In this document: positions 32,060 through 40,660 of the stretch, piece by piece
How positions within the stretch are numbered: position 1 is the stretch's first letter
How the letters are laid out: each line of letters starts with the position of its first letter
IMG/VR virus record: IMGVR_UViG_3300010882_000012
DNA from: a virus
Taxonomy: Duplodnaviria > Caudoviricetes
DNA: 64,000 nt
Direction: 5' to 3' (one strand)
The notes under the pieces: generated by a model
Database searches by the model: none
Told to the model about the DNA's origin: nothing
What the model saw: only the letters and a program-made list of their open reading frames with translations
Program-made: the position numbers and the translations under genes

Positions 32060-32452
32060 CTATTCTTCTTTAGTTGCCATAATATCTGCAAAAGTACTGA
32101 CATTTTTCTCTGCATATTCACAAAGTTCATCAAGTGTTGTAAAAACCGGTGTACAAGGAGAACCTTCTGATGTAGTTTCCCATAATTGGTATCCTTCTCC
32201 TACAGGTGGTTCATAGTACCAAATAGCTCTGTGTTTTTCATTATGAACATAACAATGTTCTTGGTTTTCTTCACAAGGTAAATCACAAGCTGAACAATTT
32301 GCGCAAATACTTCTAAGATCTAAATCTTCTTTATTAGCCCAAACAGGATTAAAAAGTTCAATTGCTTTTTCTGGTGTTAAGATGTAGCCAGGCCAAATTT
32401 GATTTAATGGATGATTGAAATCCATTGGTACTCGTTTTACTGTTCTTCCCAT
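32060..32452 (-). CDS. Hypothetical phage protein (TAG stop possibly premature)
   Basis: MGRTVKRVPMDF...EPPVGEGYQLWETTSEGSPCTPVF; frame stays open 19 codons past the TAG. Confidence 0.75.
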   Translation of the reverse strand: MGRTVKRVPMDFNHPLNQIWPGYILTPEKAIELFNPVWANKEDLDLRSICANCSACDLPCEENQEHCYVHNEKHRAIWYYEPPVGEGYQLWETTSEGSPCTPVFTTLDELCEYAEKNVSTFADIMATKEE

Positions 32453-32700
32453 TATGATGAAACTTTATTGTAAGTGTTTCTAGTTTCTCCTAGTATGATT
32501 TGACCACAGGTAGGACATTTGAATTTAAGTTTGAATTGGTCTACGTCTTTCCCATCTGGTTTAAAATCTACTCTTTTTATAATTAACGGTTGTGTTGCAT
32601 TTTCTTTGGCTGTAAACTTAGTTTTAGTTCCACAAACATTACAAAGTACATCTTCTGTAGTTCCAGAAGTTAAGTCAGTATAGTAAGCTAGATTTTCCAT
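32452..32700 (-). CDS. Zinc-ribbon protein
   Basis: CNVCG ... CPTCG. Confidence 0.7.
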   Translation of the reverse strand: MENLAYYTDLTSGTTEDVLCNVCGTKTKFTAKENATQPLIIKRVDFKPDGKDVDQFKLKFKCPTCGQIILGETRNTYNKVSS

Positions 32701-33084
32701 ATTATGATTTAATTAGTAATTGTAACAGTTGATAAATTCTACCTGATTAGTATCTAATTGAGATTCTGTTTCTTCATAAGAGTGGCAGGAGAAATTTCCA
32801 TGTACCAAATGATGTACTTGGAAAATGACAGGTTTTGACTGATCAACTCTTTTGTATGCTTGTTTTAGTTTTGAGAATTCATCCATTATTAAATAGTGTT
32901 AGATTCTTTGTACTGCAGATAAACATGATTTCTATTGCGATAAACAAAGTCGATGGGGAAAGCAAAACCTTCCTTGTTTGAAATTGCATACACTTCTATA
33001 TCATCTCCTAAAAGTACCTTTGCTTCTTCTAACCTTGCGATAACTTCTGTAATTGTCATGATGTTTGAATTTTAATTTGATATT

Positions 33085-33143
33085 GTAAAAATACTAAAAA
33101 TACTGATACAAAACCTCATCATAAGAAAAAAGTTACTAACAAT
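33085..33143 (-). promoter_or_regulatory. Promoter motif copy 4
   Basis: 59-bp motif. Confidence 0.85.
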
Positions 33144-33520
33144 CTCAATTGTTATTATTTCATAAACCAACAATTTAAATAGCTAAAACTTTTTAAAAGT
33201 TTGGAATAAATAGTATGAAAGTTCTTGTAAGAATATGCTCTTTGATATTTTGTTATAGTGTAATTAAGTGAAAACTATTAGCATTCGTAGAATAGGCCAA
33301 AGTAGGTACGAAACAGTCTGCCCAGTTAAATTGAACTTTAAAAAACTAAAACAAAATTTAGAAAGAAATGAAAAAGTACTTTTTGTAATTCTTTGACATG
33401 TTGCTAGATTAGACCAAATCAAACAGAAAGCCCTCTTCATATGATTAGCGCTGGAAAGTCCTGGAGACAAGTTCCTCTCAGGGCTAAAATATTTTTAAAA
33501 TACTATTTAATAGATTGGCT

Positions 33521-35236
33521 TTACTGCTTTACCACTTTAACCGTCCGTATCCCTATATCTGTATGAACTTTCACCATATAAACGCCAACGGATAAGTGGC
33601 TAATATTCAAACTATTATTTCTTATCTCAGTTTGTAGGATTTTACGCCCTTCAATGTTAAATACCTCTACGAATTTGACAACCTCATCGGTTTGAATATA
33701 GAGTTCCCCATTTGTAGGATTGGGGTAAACTACCAATTTTTCGATTTCGTTCTCCGTTACGCCAACTCCTATTTTAAATACAGCTGAAATTGTGCCATTC
33801 GATTGCACATTCGTAAATGTGTAGGTAGTTATAGCTCCTTTCGATTCACCGTTAACTAAAACGTTATCAATCACATAATTGGTTTTTGGAGCAATCGTAA
33901 ATGTAATATTGCCGCCTTCTTCAACTTTTGCATCGCCGAACGGATCTATCGTTCCCCAATCCGCATTATTTACGGTTGCTGTAATCGTATAAATATTGCC
34001 GTTTTGTTCATCCGTTTTGAATGTTGCCGAATTTGAAGGCGGTGATGCCAAATGTGTGGCGGTTTCCTTCTTTCGCTGTTTGAACGTATATGATGTGTTG
34101 GGCGTTAATCCGTTAAACACATTAGAGCTCTGCCAATTACCGTTATCCTTTTGATACTCACAACCTTCAACTGTATTCAATGTTATGGATGTAGGCGTTT
34201 TCGACTGTAATGTTGGTGTGGGCGGTGCTGTTTGGGTGGCTTTCGTAACTGTTGCTGTTGGTGATGAGGTCATACTGCCGATAACCTTTAAAGCCATATA
34301 ACCGCCGCTATTATCATAAAAATCTCCAACATAAATTGTTACGGCGATTTCTTTTCCGATATCATCAGCTGTTAAAGTATAGGTTTTACTATTGCCGCCA
34401 TCCACCGTAAGATAATAATCATCAATAATCGTACCATTACGTTTCCACCCATATTTTATTATTTCATAAGGCCACATTGAAAAATTGGAATGATTTACTG
34501 TTAATGTTTGACCGAAAACCGGATTGCCGCTAATTGACAAATTGGCACTGATTACGTTGATTGTGAAGTCTTTAACGAAATCGTTTGGAAATATAATATA
34601 TGCACTACCATCTTCATTAGGATATTGTATGGTTGCTCTAATTGTTGTGACTCCTTCATTTTCAGCCAAAAACCGATAAGCCAAACCACCCAAATGAGTT
34701 AGTGTGGCGTTTGCAGATCCGGGGTCAACCATTGACCACACTATTGATGGATATGACTGATTGGCTTCATAAGGAACAAATATATTATTATCAATCGGCA
34801 TATACAATGGTATATTGGCGACAGCAGTAGTTGGGATGTTGATGATGTCGGTGACTGAGAGGATGGCAGAGAAGTTTTGATTAGGCAGATTTTCGGTAAG
34901 TGGCTCTATATAAATGGATTCGGGTACAAACCGATAACCTTCTTTTTCCGGTATGAGATCTCCAAAACCACCCAGTGGAACTCCTAATACGTAATTCCCA
35001 TTTGCATTAGTTGTAGTAGATAATATATCACATCGTATGGTTGTGTTGGGTAGTGGTTGAGATGTTTGATAAATTCTAACAGTACCGGATACAGTTACCC
35101 ATTGAGCATTCGCTTTCAACGGATTGACTATTGACATTATTATAAATCCCAAAACAACTATTATAAAAGCAATAGTTGAGGGAATTCCGGTACCCACTTC
35201 ATTAGGGTAAGGTTTTAAATTTAAAAGATTTTTCAT
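33521..35236 (-). CDS. Host-type secreted Ig/FN3-like multidomain protein with T9SS type A C-terminal sorting domain
   Basis: Signal peptide ending ANA-Q; beta-sandwich domains; C-terminal VVYPNPTNGELYI...VFNIEGRKI...ISHLSVGVYMVKV...KVVKQ. Confidence 0.9.
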   Translation of the reverse strand: MKNLLNLKPYPNEVGTGIPSTIAFIIVVLGFIIMSIVNPLKANAQWVTVSGTVRIYQTSQPLPNTTIRCDILSTTTNANGNYVLGVPLGGFGDLIPEKEGYRFVPESIYIEPLTENLPNQNFSAILSVTDIINIPTTAVANIPLYMPIDNNIFVPYEANQSYPSIVWSMVDPGSANATLTHLGGLAYRFLAENEGVTTIRATIQYPNEDGSAYIIFPNDFVKDFTINVISANLSISGNPVFGQTLTVNHSNFSMWPYEIIKYGWKRNGTIIDDYYLTVDGGNSKTYTLTADDIGKEIAVTIYVGDFYDNSGGYMALKVIGSMTSSPTATVTKATQTAPPTPTLQSKTPTSITLNTVEGCEYQKDNGNWQSSNVFNGLTPNTSYTFKQRKKETATHLASPPSNSATFKTDEQNGNIYTITATVNNADWGTIDPFGDAKVEEGGNITFTIAPKTNYVIDNVLVNGESKGAITTYTFTNVQSNGTISAVFKIGVGVTENEIEKLVVYPNPTNGELYIQTDEVVKFVEVFNIEGRKILQTEIRNNSLNISHLSVGVYMVKVHTDIGIRTVKVVKQ

Positions 35237-35545
35237 AAGATTAAATTTTTTTGATTATTGTTTGTTTGATTATTTTAATTTGTTGTAATCGAAATCAATG
35301 TATTGTTTTGGTTTCGCCGTTGTTATATCCAATTTGTGCAATATGATAAAGTAGGATAACAACATTAAACTGATGTGGACTGTAACTAAAGCTGCCATAA
35401 GATTAAAAATTGATTGAGCTTCCAAACTATTCTGAATTGTCGCAAAAGGCAACTACCTTATCAAACTTACCATTTTGAGAAAGTTCTCTAAATCGAAAAT
35501 CTGTTATTTCCTTAATTTGTCTCAATTTTCTGTTTGACAGTTTCA

Positions 35546-35869
35546 TTATGCTATTCTTAAAAAGTTTAATTTTTTAAAACATCTCCACTCATTTCTTTCT
35601 GTATCAAAGTAAGTAAAAACCTTGTCACTTCTATCATATCCTTTCGGTTGTTGCTCAATTGGTACTTTATCTAACATTAAGTGTCCATATGCTTCTCTTG
35701 TGGTACCATCTATCTTCTGAAAATAGAATTTTACAATTTCCAACCTCATCCTTTTCTTTAGATAGTACAATTGCCAAGCTAACTTTAATGCTTCTGAGAG
35801 ATTACATCCAGAAATTTTCACAAACTTCCAGGTCTCATTCATGATTTGTCTTTTGTCCTCTGTCTTCAT
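35546..35869 (-). CDS. SH3 beta-barrel (WYL_2-like) protein
   Basis: LSEALKLAW...VKFYFQKIDGTTREAYG...TYFDTERNEWRCFK. Confidence 0.8.
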   Translation of the reverse strand: MKTEDKRQIMNETWKFVKISGCNLSEALKLAWQLYYLKKRMRLEIVKFYFQKIDGTTREAYGHLMLDKVPIEQQPKGYDRSDKVFTYFDTERNEWRCFKKLNFLRIA

Positions 35870-36261
35870 TATGCAATATCAGTTTTGAAAGTTAAGTAGT
35901 TACCATTTACTTTACAAGAAAGTGTTACAGTTTTGAAAGCTGGGCCGGCGGAAAGTTGCTTTGCAAAGTTTGGCCAAGTGCTCATATCTACACCTTCAAA
36001 AAAATCATTGTCCAAACGGTAAACAATTCCAAATGGTCTTTTTTGTGCTTTCACAAAGCTAACACCTTTTGCATTTGCGCCCATAAGAGGCAAGCATTCT
36101 AAGAACGCTTTTCTAAGTATTTTTTCATATTCTTTCCAATCTTCGTATTCTTTCTCGTCTTGCCAACGTCCCCAAAGATTAGCGATTAGACCTTCCATTT
36201 TTTCATAGATAACCTTATGGATTTCTGTGATTTTTTCATTCGGATTTAAGACTTTTGCCAT
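35869..36261 (-). CDS. Hypothetical protein
   Basis: LWGRWQDEKEYEDW...KRPFG. Confidence 0.75.
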   Translation of the reverse strand: MAKVLNPNEKITEIHKVIYEKMEGLIANLWGRWQDEKEYEDWKEYEKILRKAFLECLPLMGANAKGVSFVKAQKRPFGIVYRLDNDFFEGVDMSTWPNFAKQLSAGPAFKTVTLSCKVNGNYLTFKTDIA

Positions 36262-36295
36262 GATGTTTAAATTTTGATTTGATTGTTTTGATACT

Positions 36296-36370
36296 GTAAA
36301 AATACTAAAAATACTGATACGAAAGTGTTTAAAAAGAAAAAAGTTACTAACAATTTGTGCTAGTAACCTC
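36296..36370 (-). promoter_or_regulatory. Promoter motif copy 5 fused to terminator hairpin
   Basis: GGTTACTAGC-acaaatt-GTTAGTAACT + T-run. Confidence 0.85.
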
Positions 36371-36415
36371 TTTCCTTCGCATTATGAAAAAGAAAAATTT
36401 AAAAATATCGATTTG

Positions 36416-36907
36416 CTATTCGTTAATTCGAGTATCTACAACCTCATCGGGCACATAACTCGGAGCTGATGTTTCTATTCTCTGTGTGGAACCTGCATTA
36501 TTACCAAATGGATTAAAATTCCGGTCTAAAACTATGATATTATCGACAAAGTACTTTTGATCACCTCTGACACGCCATATGTTCTTGAGTCCCCAAACTT
36601 TATGATACACAACTTGCACTTTCCATCCATGAATAAGGGCGGAGTCCATAAGATTAATAATCTCCATACGCTTTTGTTTGGTAATAACGCGGTCAAATCG
36701 GTCGACGGAAAAATTAAAAGCATCTGTGCCGGTGTTCATTCCGGTTTGCGTAACATTAAGTTCACCTTCGTAAGATTTGAAGATAACACCTTCTTCGTTG
36801 AATTTCGTAAGGAATCCAACACGGTTTCCGTTTGAATAGTTTTCTTTGCAGCTGGTAAACGCTAAAGTTGCGACCAGCAACATGATTAAAAATTGAAATT
36901 TTTTCAT
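36416..36907 (-). CDS. Lipoprotein of unknown function
   Basis: Lipobox LAFTSC; YSNGNRVGFLTKF...GVIFKSYEGEL. Confidence 0.75.
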   Translation of the reverse strand: MKKFQFLIMLLVATLAFTSCKENYSNGNRVGFLTKFNEEGVIFKSYEGELNVTQTGMNTGTDAFNFSVDRFDRVITKQKRMEIINLMDSALIHGWKVQVVYHKVWGLKNIWRVRGDQKYFVDNIIVLDRNFNPFGNNAGSTQRIETSAPSYVPDEVVDTRINE

Positions 36908-36938
36908 TTTGATTGGTTTTTTAATTGGTTAAAAATGA

Positions 36939-37277
36939 TTATTGGTTTGATTTTCTATCAAGAGCTCTTTTCATTGAACTCTCATGATTTTCTTTTGTAG
37001 TAACTTTGTAGCAAGGTTGTCCACCTTTTAATCCGTATTCTTCCAACCATCTACGATCATTGATTTGCTGATAAAGCAAAGATTGTTCACTACTTTTTTT
37101 ACCATGTTTTTGGAACCAATGGCGAGAAACAACACCATTAACAACTAATCCGCGAGCAGTGTCAATAGGACGAATAATATCTTCAATTTGTTCACGAGTT
37201 AATGGTACAATACGAGCTTCAATTTTATTTAAAATTTCTACCCTAGCTGCATTTTTGTTTACTGATAATACTTTCAT
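36939..37277 (-). CDS. Hypothetical protein (start corrected to MKVLS)
   Basis: ATG follows the promoter leader. Confidence 0.7.
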   Translation of the reverse strand: MKVLSVNKNAARVEILNKIEARIVPLTREQIEDIIRPIDTARGLVVNGVVSRHWFQKHGKKSSEQSLLYQQINDRRWLEEYGLKGGQPCYKVTTKENHESSMKRALDRKSNQ

Positions 37278-37299
37278 GTCTTTGAATTTTGATTGATTA

Positions 37300-37375
37300 A
37301 TAAAAATACCACTTTTTTCGATACGAGTTTCATTAAAAAGAAAAAAGTTACTAACAATTTGTGCTAGCAACTTTC
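37300..37375 (-). promoter_or_regulatory. Promoter motif copy 6 fused to terminator hairpin
   Basis: AAAGTTGCTAGC-acaaatt-GTTAGTAACTTT + T-run. Confidence 0.85.
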
Positions 37376-37399
37376 TTCACTATCAAAATTCAAAATTCT

Positions 37400-38665
37400 C
37401 TAAAATAATTTTTTCTGATCTTGTATTACAATATAACGATCTTCCATGCTGGATAATTTTGGTTTGGGAATCGGTACGATATACCGTGGATCTTTTTGTT
37501 GTTGAAAAAACAGACTACTTTTACTGTTAATAGGACCAATTGGCTGAAAATAATAACTGAAATCACTATTTTTATTACCATGTACTTTCTTTATAATCTG
37601 CATGATTTCATCTTTTGATAAAGAATGATTTTTTAATTGCATCGTAGATAAAATCATACCACGTGCTGACATATCATGTGGACAACGACCTAATCCTTTA
37701 CCACGTTGATATGGTTTTCTTTCTTTTGTTTCTACTACCGGAATTACTTTTTTGCAAGATTGTCTAACTTTTCCTTTTACAACAGGTTTTTCTACCGGAG
37801 CTTCTGTTACAAGTCTGAAAGTGGATTCCATTTTTGTAGCACCAGATTCTACTAATAGAAGAAAACGTTTATCAGTTTTATTCTGCTTCAAAAGAGAAGA
37901 AAATGAACCTACACCATTTGTACTCGGTTTTTGAAAATAATGGATAAAGCAATTGCAATTATCGACAGTTTTTTCTAAAGTAGGATAAGAGGTACCAAGA
38001 AGAAATTCAAGTACTTCTCTCATAGTAACATCTTTTCCTTGTGCTTGAATCCAATCTAAACCCAGAGTACGGAGAGATTTCTTTACAGGTTCTACTTTCT
38101 TAGATGTGGTTGCAACCTCATCTTCAATTGGTTGTGCTTGAACAGGCATCGGCGGAATATGACGACAAGCAAATCCATTTTTAAACATGAATTCTGCCAG
38201 TAAACCTTTTTGAACTAATTTAGAAAGCGATTCAGATAAAGCACCCAAGATAATGGATTCTTGCACATGTAACGGACAAGCTTTGTATGCATCTGCATTC
38301 ACATAGTTATTGTAAAGATCTCGCATTGCTAACGCATCATTGTGATCTTCATAGATAAGACCATCTGCCATAGTATTGTCCTTTTTACTAAGGATGATTG
38401 TTCCAGTTTTCATTTTGATATTGTTTAAAGTTAATTTTTGTTTTACCTCAGTTTTAAGTACTTGATTCCACCGTGCTGCTAGCATACTGTGACCGATGTG
38501 AAATCCGTTACAAATAGGGCATTGGTATGCATCAAATGGAGCTCCCATACTAAGTGTTACACCTTCTGCTGCTTTTTGTGCAATTTCCAACGTTTCATAT
38601 GCTTTCTTTACTTTGTTTCCTTTAGTAAAATGAGCATTTTTCTTTTGTTTTAGTGTTAGTTCCAT
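37400..38665 (-). CDS. Basic multidomain protein co-transcribed with PARP (Zn motif plus two repeated helical modules)
   Basis: YQCPICNGFHIGH; two repeats ending HYF...KTDKRFL and YYF...KDPRYI; starts 1 nt after the PARP stop. Confidence 0.8.
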   Translation of the reverse strand: MELTLKQKKNAHFTKGNKVKKAYETLEIAQKAAEGVTLSMGAPFDAYQCPICNGFHIGHSMLAARWNQVLKTEVKQKLTLNNIKMKTGTIILSKKDNTMADGLIYEDHNDALAMRDLYNNYVNADAYKACPLHVQESIILGALSESLSKLVQKGLLAEFMFKNGFACRHIPPMPVQAQPIEDEVATTSKKVEPVKKSLRTLGLDWIQAQGKDVTMREVLEFLLGTSYPTLEKTVDNCNCFIHYFQKPSTNGVGSFSSLLKQNKTDKRFLLLVESGATKMESTFRLVTEAPVEKPVVKGKVRQSCKKVIPVVETKERKPYQRGKGLGRCPHDMSARGMILSTMQLKNHSLSKDEIMQIIKKVHGNKNSDFSYYFQPIGPINSKSSLFFQQQKDPRYIVPIPKPKLSSMEDRYIVIQDQKKLF

Positions 38666-38666
38666 A

Positions 38667-39938
38667 TTAACGCTCTATAATTTCAACGATATAACGAATT
38701 GTTGACTGTTCTGTAGAATAAACCATAAACTCATTATTACGAATTGAAGTGCCGGCATGAGCATAAACACTATCAAAACCTTCACGATCAAGTTGTTTTT
38801 TATTTAAATCATAACAAGCCGATGTATGATTATAGATATGTTTTTGATTGCCCACATGAACATCATAGATTGCTAAGAAAGCTTTTTTGCTACAACCCTT
38901 TGCCCAATAAGAACCAGAAAGAGAAGTATATCCAATAGATTTTTGTGCTTTATCTGCAAAATAAACAGAATTTCCATACATTGCACCTGTAATTATTACA
39001 CCCGCCGGACGTATTAAAAGTCCGGTTTGCAAGATGTTCATCCAATTTTCATTTCTGCTACCATGCCAAAACAGTTCGCATTTTTGGTTTTTGGCTTTTG
39101 CAACATAGCTCTTAAAGTTTCCTTCTGTTTTTTTGTTTACCACAGAAAAAGCTCTTTTGTACTGACCGGAATTGTTTCCCATCATTTTCTTAATGAGTTC
39201 TGCTTCTTTAGAAGACACTTCTTTAACTTCTAGTCCAAGTACCTCAAGCATGTCCATAGTGCTCTTAGAATTGCCCGTTTGCGTCCTGGTGGCTTCTTTT
39301 TGTTTCTTTATTGCTTCAACCTGACCCGCCATAACGTCCAAAAGTTTTTGTTCATCATCTAGCATTCGTTGTAATGATGAGGTAGAGTATCCGCTTTCTA
39401 CAAGATGGTTTTTTACGTGAGCCATTTTTCTCGGTACTGTTCGATACAATTTCAACAAACAATCATTAATAGTTGTTGAAGTACTTTGATTTCTTAAATG
39501 ACCAACCAAGTTGTCAAGGATTTTTTGAGCCTCATCAACTTGTGCTTGTGTAACATCTTCTTGAGTTACAGAATAGTTTTCTTTAATGGTTTTGTTTGCA
39601 TATGCTTGGAGTTCGTCAATGAGTTGACGCACCATAGCATTCTGGATGGCGGTTACTTGTGCTCCGGTTGTAGCATCTTTGATATCGGCCTCAATCTTTT
39701 CAGTATAGAGGTGTGTGATATCATTGTAACCTTTTTTGGTTTTTTCACGATACTTTTTATCCCAATCCGACATAGGATAAGAGTGCTCTATGGAGGTAGA
39801 TTCTATCCTGCCATAAACCACTTTAAAATTTCCATCGTTCTGCTCGAACATATGGTAAAACTTGTTGTTATTGTCCCCTGTAACACAAACCAGTTTTTTA
39901 ACTTGTTTGCCTGGTACCGAGTAATCTGATATTTTCAT
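38667..39938 (-). CDS. PARP-family ADP-ribosyltransferase with N-terminal WGR-like domain
   Basis: NNNKFY...VVYGRI...EKTKKGY (WGR-like); FWHGS, GAMYGNSVYFADKAQKSIGY, RNNEFMVY = H-Y-E triad. Confidence 0.92.
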   Translation of the reverse strand: MKISDYSVPGKQVKKLVCVTGDNNNKFYHMFEQNDGNFKVVYGRIESTSIEHSYPMSDWDKKYREKTKKGYNDITHLYTEKIEADIKDATTGAQVTAIQNAMVRQLIDELQAYANKTIKENYSVTQEDVTQAQVDEAQKILDNLVGHLRNQSTSTTINDCLLKLYRTVPRKMAHVKNHLVESGYSTSSLQRMLDDEQKLLDVMAGQVEAIKKQKEATRTQTGNSKSTMDMLEVLGLEVKEVSSKEAELIKKMMGNNSGQYKRAFSVVNKKTEGNFKSYVAKAKNQKCELFWHGSRNENWMNILQTGLLIRPAGVIITGAMYGNSVYFADKAQKSIGYTSLSGSYWAKGCSKKAFLAIYDVHVGNQKHIYNHTSACYDLNKKQLDREGFDSVYAHAGTSIRNNEFMVYSTEQSTIRYIVEIIER

Positions 39939-39959
39939 ATGATATTGAATTTTGATAGT

Positions 39960-40018
39960 ACAAAAATACCGCTTTTTTCTTTACGATGAGAACCTAGATG
40001 GAAAAAGATACTAACAAT
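39960..40018 (-). promoter_or_regulatory. Promoter motif copy 7 (drives PARP unit)
   Basis: ATTGTTAGTATC...GTATTTTTGT, 59 bp. Confidence 0.85.
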
Positions 40019-40038
40019 TTCATGATAAGGTTTAAACT

Positions 40039-40127
40039 AAAAAAGTCCTTGATTACTCAAAGACTCTTTTAGACGTTCAAAAATCATTATTCACAAAATC
40101 TTGATAAATGAAAAAATCAAAAATTGT
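40039..40127 (-). ncRNA. Candidate ~85-nt U-rich small RNA with own promoter and terminator
   Basis: Lies between promoter copy 8 and hairpin terminator ~40039-40068; too short for a credible ORF. Confidence 0.55.
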
Positions 40128-40130
40128 ACT

Positions 40131-40189
40131 ACAAAAATATTGTAATTCTAGATATGAAAGTTTAGTTACATGAAAAAGTTACTAACAAT
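40131..40189 (-). promoter_or_regulatory. Promoter motif copy 8 (no downstream gene)
   Basis: 59-bp motif. Confidence 0.8.
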
Positions 40190-40195
40190 CTGTTT

Positions 40196-40575
40196 AAAAA
40201 GAAAAACGCCCATAGATTCTTTCTGGGCGCTTCTCGTCAGATTTTTGGGCGAAGGTTCTGTAACACCTTTTCTGGCAGCCTAATGGACCTAGTTGAAATC
40301 AATTGTTTTCTGTCCCGGCAGCATGCCCCATAAACCAAGATTCATTTCATGTTCAGGTTCTTGGTCGACCTGATTGCCGGCAAGGTGTTTTCGCTTTCGC
40401 TACGGATTACCTTCGGTGCCGGCAGGCATTCTAAAGACCTGACTCGCGATTCCCGAACGGTTCGCATTATAGCGGCGGGCTCGAGGAGGTCTGGTTTTTC
40501 CGAGTTGACGTTAGGATTCCGCGCGGAGATTCCTGGTTTCTGATCAGCCTACCAGGTAGTGTCAATCGGATGAGA
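40196..40575 (-). ncRNA. Candidate ~370-nt structured non-coding RNA (RNA-A)
   Basis: About 50% GC by hand count (187/370 for 40201-40570); multiple nested helices; own promoter (copy 9) and terminator (CGCCCA...TGGGCG + T-run). Confidence 0.75.
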
Positions 40576-40577
40576 TT

Positions 40578-40635
40578 GTAAAAATACTAAAAATATCAAT
40601 GCGAAAATTTAAAAAGAGAAAAAGTTACTAACAAT
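40578..40635 (-). promoter_or_regulatory. Promoter motif copy 9 (drives RNA-A)
   Basis: 58-bp motif followed by structured RNA instead of the usual A-rich leader. Confidence 0.85.
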
Positions 40636-40660
40636 TTAAACAATTTTTGATGAGGTTTAA

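Noticed and set aside
32003-32062. TAG-to-Gln recoding as in Lak-type phages
   Set aside because: Long genes are intact in code 11, and other TAGs (e.g. 4683, 36416, 53967) behave as true stops next to a following gene or terminator.
33200-33520. IS/transposase remnant beside the T9SS gene
   Set aside because: Only short broken + strand frames with vague resemblance; no terminal inverted repeats or DDE motif seen.
40196-40575. RNA-A as RNase P, tmRNA, SRP or hammerhead
   Set aside because: AGGAAUCUCCGCGC and ACAGAACC only superficially echo RNase P and cannot form P4; no T-arm/CCA end or tag ending in ALAA-stop; no SRP S-domain loop; CUGACGAG and CUGAUCA lack the stem II + GAAA arrangement.
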